DNA of 64,000 bases from Sedimentisphaerales bacterium (GTDB lineage: Bacteria > Planctomycetota > Phycisphaerae > Sedimentisphaerales > Anaerobacaceae), in contig OY970194.1 in assembly GCA_963708075.1 (NCBI GenBank), forward strand, positions 1,792,001 to 1,856,000. Direction: 5' to 3'. The notes under the pieces were generated by a model. That model was not told the origin of the DNA and did not search any database. It was given only the letters and a program-made list of their open reading frames with translations. The position numbers and the translations under genes are program-made. Positions 61,124 to 64,000 of this stretch are shown piece after piece. Numbering within the stretch: the first letter of the stretch is position 1; each line of letters opens with the position of its first letter.

Positions 61124-62351
61124 ATGGGCAACCCATGTGGCTATGACGTGGCCGTGGTCGGCGGCGGGATCGTCGGCCTGGCCGTCGCATACAGGATCGT
61201 CAATCGCCATCCTGGACTGCATCTGTGCGTCCTGGAGAAGGAAAGCTCGCTGGCCTCCCACCAGACGGGCCACAACTCGGGCGTCATCCATTCGGGGCTC
61301 TACTATAAACCGGGGTCGGCCAAGGCCAGGATGTGCACGCAGGGACGCCGGGAGCTGATCGAGTTTGCCCGCGACCATGGCGTGCCGTTCAGGATCTGCG
61401 GCAAGATCGTCGTGGCGACCGAGGAACGCGAGATGCCCCACATGCGCAGGATTCTCGACTACGCCCGGGCCAACGGCGTTGAGGCCATCGAGGAGATCGG
61501 CCCGGAGCGAATCCGGGAAACCGAGCCGGCCTGCCGGGGAATACGCGGGCTCCACGTGCCGGGTACCGGAATTATCGACTTCACACAGGTGGCCGGAGGC
61601 TCTCTCTCAGCTTATCGGACGGGCGGGCGGGGATAACCGGATTCTGCTGAATCACGAGGTCGTGGGCTTTCAACGTAACGGCTCGGGGGCCATCGCGGTG
61701 ACCCGCCAGGGCGAGATCAGAGCGAGACTCGTGATCAACTGTGCCGGGCTCAACTGCGACCGTGTGGCTAGACTGGATGGCGTCCATCCCGGCATCCGGA
61801 TCATCCCGTTTCGCGGTGACTACTACGACCTGGCCCCGCAGGCAGCCGAGAAGGTCCGGGCTCTGATCTACCCCGTGCCGGACCCGAGATTTCCGTTCCT
61901 CGGGATTCACTATACACGCAAGATCAGCGGCACCGTCGATTGCGGCCCCAACGCGGTCTTCGCGTTCAAGCGAGAGGGATATACGAAGACATCGTTCAGC
62001 CTGAGGGACACCGCGGCCTCATTAAGCTACCCGGGGACATGGGTCCTCTTCGCCAGGAATGCTCGCTACGGCCTGCATGAGTACGCGCGAGCGATCTCCA
62101 GGCGGCTTTTCCTGCGGACGCTGCGGCGATTCATCCCCACCATCGAGCCACAGGATATTCGCCCGGGCAAGATCGGCGTCCGTGCCCAGGCCGTCGGTCC
62201 CTGGGGCCAGACCCTCGACGACTTCAAGATCGAGATCAGCGACCACGCGATCCACGTCCTCAACGCACCCTCCCCCGCCGCCACCGCGTGCCTGGCCATC
62301 GGCGACCACGTCCGCGATCTGGCCGCCAAGCACCTGGGACTACCCTCCTGA
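61124..62351 (+). CDS. lhgO: L-2-hydroxyglutarate oxidase family FAD oxidoreductase (one extra base near 61596)
   Basis: VVGGGIVG, HQTGHNSGVIHSGLYY, PFRGDYY, YPVPDPRFPFLGIH, NAPSPAATACLAIG; 1228 nt = 3n+1. Confidence 0.88.
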
Positions 62352-62379
62352 GAACGCACCCCCGCCGAGGTGAGAAATG

Positions 62380-62537
62380 TGGGTGGCAGCGGCAAGCGGA
62401 GCCTTCGAAGCTTGCCGATGGTGTTGACGCATATTCCACGAGCCATCGGCAAGCTGCGCTTGCCGCTGCCACCCATCATGAGTTTTGAATCCGGAACAGC
62501 CGCGGAACTCGCTTACACACGCGTAAGCATGCCACCC
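62380..62537. repeat. composite palindromic repeats between convergent genes
   Basis: 19-bp perfect IR (62380-98/62457-75), nested 13-bp IR (62409-21/62443-55), plus unit 62511-37 that is 23/27 identical to 15439-65 in reverse orientation. Confidence 0.8.
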
Positions 62538-62581
62538 TGTCTATGACGAGCCGCCCAGAAAGGCTGCCTCCCTGACCCGTG

Positions 62582-63709
62582 TCAACCCGCTCTGTGCTGC
62601 GACAGGATCTCACAAATCCGAGTAGCGGCATCGCCATTTCCGTACACGCCGCCGCCGGACACGGCTTGAGGCGCAGGCGCGTTCACCGCCGCCGCAATCG
62701 CGTCCTTATCCGATCCGACCAGGGTGTTCCAGCCGACCTCAACCGTCTCCACCCACTCCGTCTCCTCGCGCAGGGTCACGCAGGGCACGCCGAGGAAGTA
62801 TGCCTCCTTCTGGACACCGCCGGAGTCGGTGAGGACTTTCAGCGCGTTCTTCTCAAGAACGACCATCTCCAGGTACGAGGCGGGGTCGATGATCCTCACG
62901 GCACGGCTGATCTGAAGACCGTACTGATGAATGTACTTGACCGTCCGCGGGTGCAGCGGGACGACGACCGGACAGACCTGCGTGGCGATTTCATCAAAGG
63001 CGGCGAATATGCCGGTCAGCCGTTCCCGATTATCCGTGTTCTCCGCTCTGTGCACGGTCGCCAGATAGAACGACTTCGGGGCGATCCCCAACCGCCGCAG
63101 CATGTTCTCGTCGAGCGATGTCACCTTCCGGGCATAGAAGAGCGTGCTGTCATACATCACATCGCCCACTTGATGGACACCCCTGTCGATTCCCTCATGA
63201 GCCAGATTCGTCACGGCCGTTGGCGTCGGACAGAACAGCAGATCGGAAACGTGATCGGTGAGAACGCGATTGATCTCCTCCGGCATCGCTCGGACGAAGG
63301 AGCGCAGGCCGGCCTCGACGTGGGCGACGGGGATGTGCAGCTTGGCCGCCGCCAACGCGCCGGCGAGCGTTGAGTTCGTGTCGCCGTACACGAGCGTCAG
63401 ATCGGGCTTTTCGCTGAGCAAGACATGCTCGATAAGCCCGAGCATGCGGCCGGTTTGCTCGCCGTGCGAGCCGCTGCCAACGCCCAGGTTGTACGCCGGC
63501 TGAGGGATTTCCAGCTCCTCGAAAAAGACCGCCGACATGTTGTCATCGTAGTGCTGGCCGGTGTGGACCAGCTTCTCTTGGAGCGCTGGGCTCGGCCCGG
63601 TTTCGTTATGTGCGGCGATGGCTCGACTGACGGTCGCTGCCTTTATGAACTGCGGCCTCGCCCCGACAATCGACACGATCCGCACAGGCTTATCCGTGGG
63701 AACTCGCAT
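62582..63709 (-). CDS. wecB: UDP-N-acetylglucosamine 2-epimerase (non-hydrolysing)
   Basis: VGARPQFIK, HTGQHYD, GDTNST, HVEAGLRS, PEEINR, TDSGGVQKEA. Confidence 0.93.
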   Translation of the reverse strand: MRVPTDKPVRIVSIVGARPQFIKAATVSRAIAAHNETGPSPALQEKLVHTGQHYDDNMSAVFFEELEIPQPAYNLGVGSGSHGEQTGRMLGLIEHVLLSEKPDLTLVYGDTNSTLAGALAAAKLHIPVAHVEAGLRSFVRAMPEEINRVLTDHVSDLLFCPTPTAVTNLAHEGIDRGVHQVGDVMYDSTLFYARKVTSLDENMLRRLGIAPKSFYLATVHRAENTDNRERLTGIFAAFDEIATQVCPVVVPLHPRTVKYIHQYGLQISRAVRIIDPASYLEMVVLEKNALKVLTDSGGVQKEAYFLGVPCVTLREETEWVETVEVGWNTLVGSDKDAIAAAVNAPAPQAVSGGGVYGNGDAATRICEILSQHRAG

Positions 63710-64000
63710 TACGATGTCGCCTTCTTGAGATCACGATAGAGCACCTTGCCGACCGCCATCTCCGGCGGCAGCGGCGTTTCCTCATTCAGATCCAGACACC
63801 GCACTATCCCCGGCGAGACTTCCCGGTATCGAAAGCCGCTCTCCGGGCAGACCATCACGCCCTTCGCATCGGGCTTGGGCAACGGGATGCCATGCCGGCT
63901 GATCCAGCCGGTCCGCCGAGCCGGCACGCCCATCATCAGGGCGTAATCCGGCACGCTTTTGGTGACCACCGCCCCGGCCGACACGAAACAATATCGCCCA
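63709..64000 (-). CDS. hexapeptide N-acetyltransferase (WbpD/WlbB-like), 3' end only
   Basis: GRYCFVSAGAVVTKSVPDYALMMGVPARRTGW...CPESG; start outside window. Confidence 0.8.
   Translation of the reverse strand, partial: GRYCFVSAGAVVTKSVPDYALMMGVPARRTGWISRHGIPLPKPDAKGVMVCPESGFRYREVSPGIVRCLDLNEETPLPPEMAVGKVLYRDLKKATS

Noticed and set aside
1..64000. CRISPR array, tRNA or rRNA genes
   Set aside because: No regularly spaced repeats, cas genes, tRNA consensus or rRNA-like tract found by eye; the 15438..15518 cloverleaf lacks the T-loop consensus

Overview
A GC-rich bacterial chromosomal segment. Its gene content and protein styles (PAP-variant PEP-CTERM tail, large secreted F5/8-type and beta-helix proteins, dapL, RACo-like activator) suggest an anaerobic planctomycete of the Phycisphaerae/Sedimentisphaerales type; this is inference. 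Housekeeping genes: fabG-acpP-fabF, folK-dNK/panC/panD/lgt, dapL, polA, ileS, an aspartate aminotransferase, a heptosyltransferase, an RND efflux operon with TetR, lhgO and wecB. Accessory content: secreted carbohydrate-active proteins, an ECF sigma cluster, a REP-associated tyrosine transposase (RAYT) with GTAG REPs, a second GGGTG(C/G)CA palindromic repeat family, and an IS630 element splitting a secreted TPR protein. Main observations: (1) a complete, unannotated Ile-leader-peptide transcription attenuator upstream of ileS; (2) a ParA/Soj ATPase fused through a transmembrane helix to extracytoplasmic Ig/cadherin-like repeats; (3) an unannotated 26-aa Lys/Arg-rich peptide gene with a strong RBS; (4) a GGCT plus amidoligase-like fusion; (5) an FrpC self-processing-module homologue lacking the Asp-Pro site. 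Eight genes carry single-base frameshifts, most likely assembly errors; three fall in the identical context GGTTCTCG (corrected GGTCTCG). No rRNA, tRNA or CRISPR array was seen.
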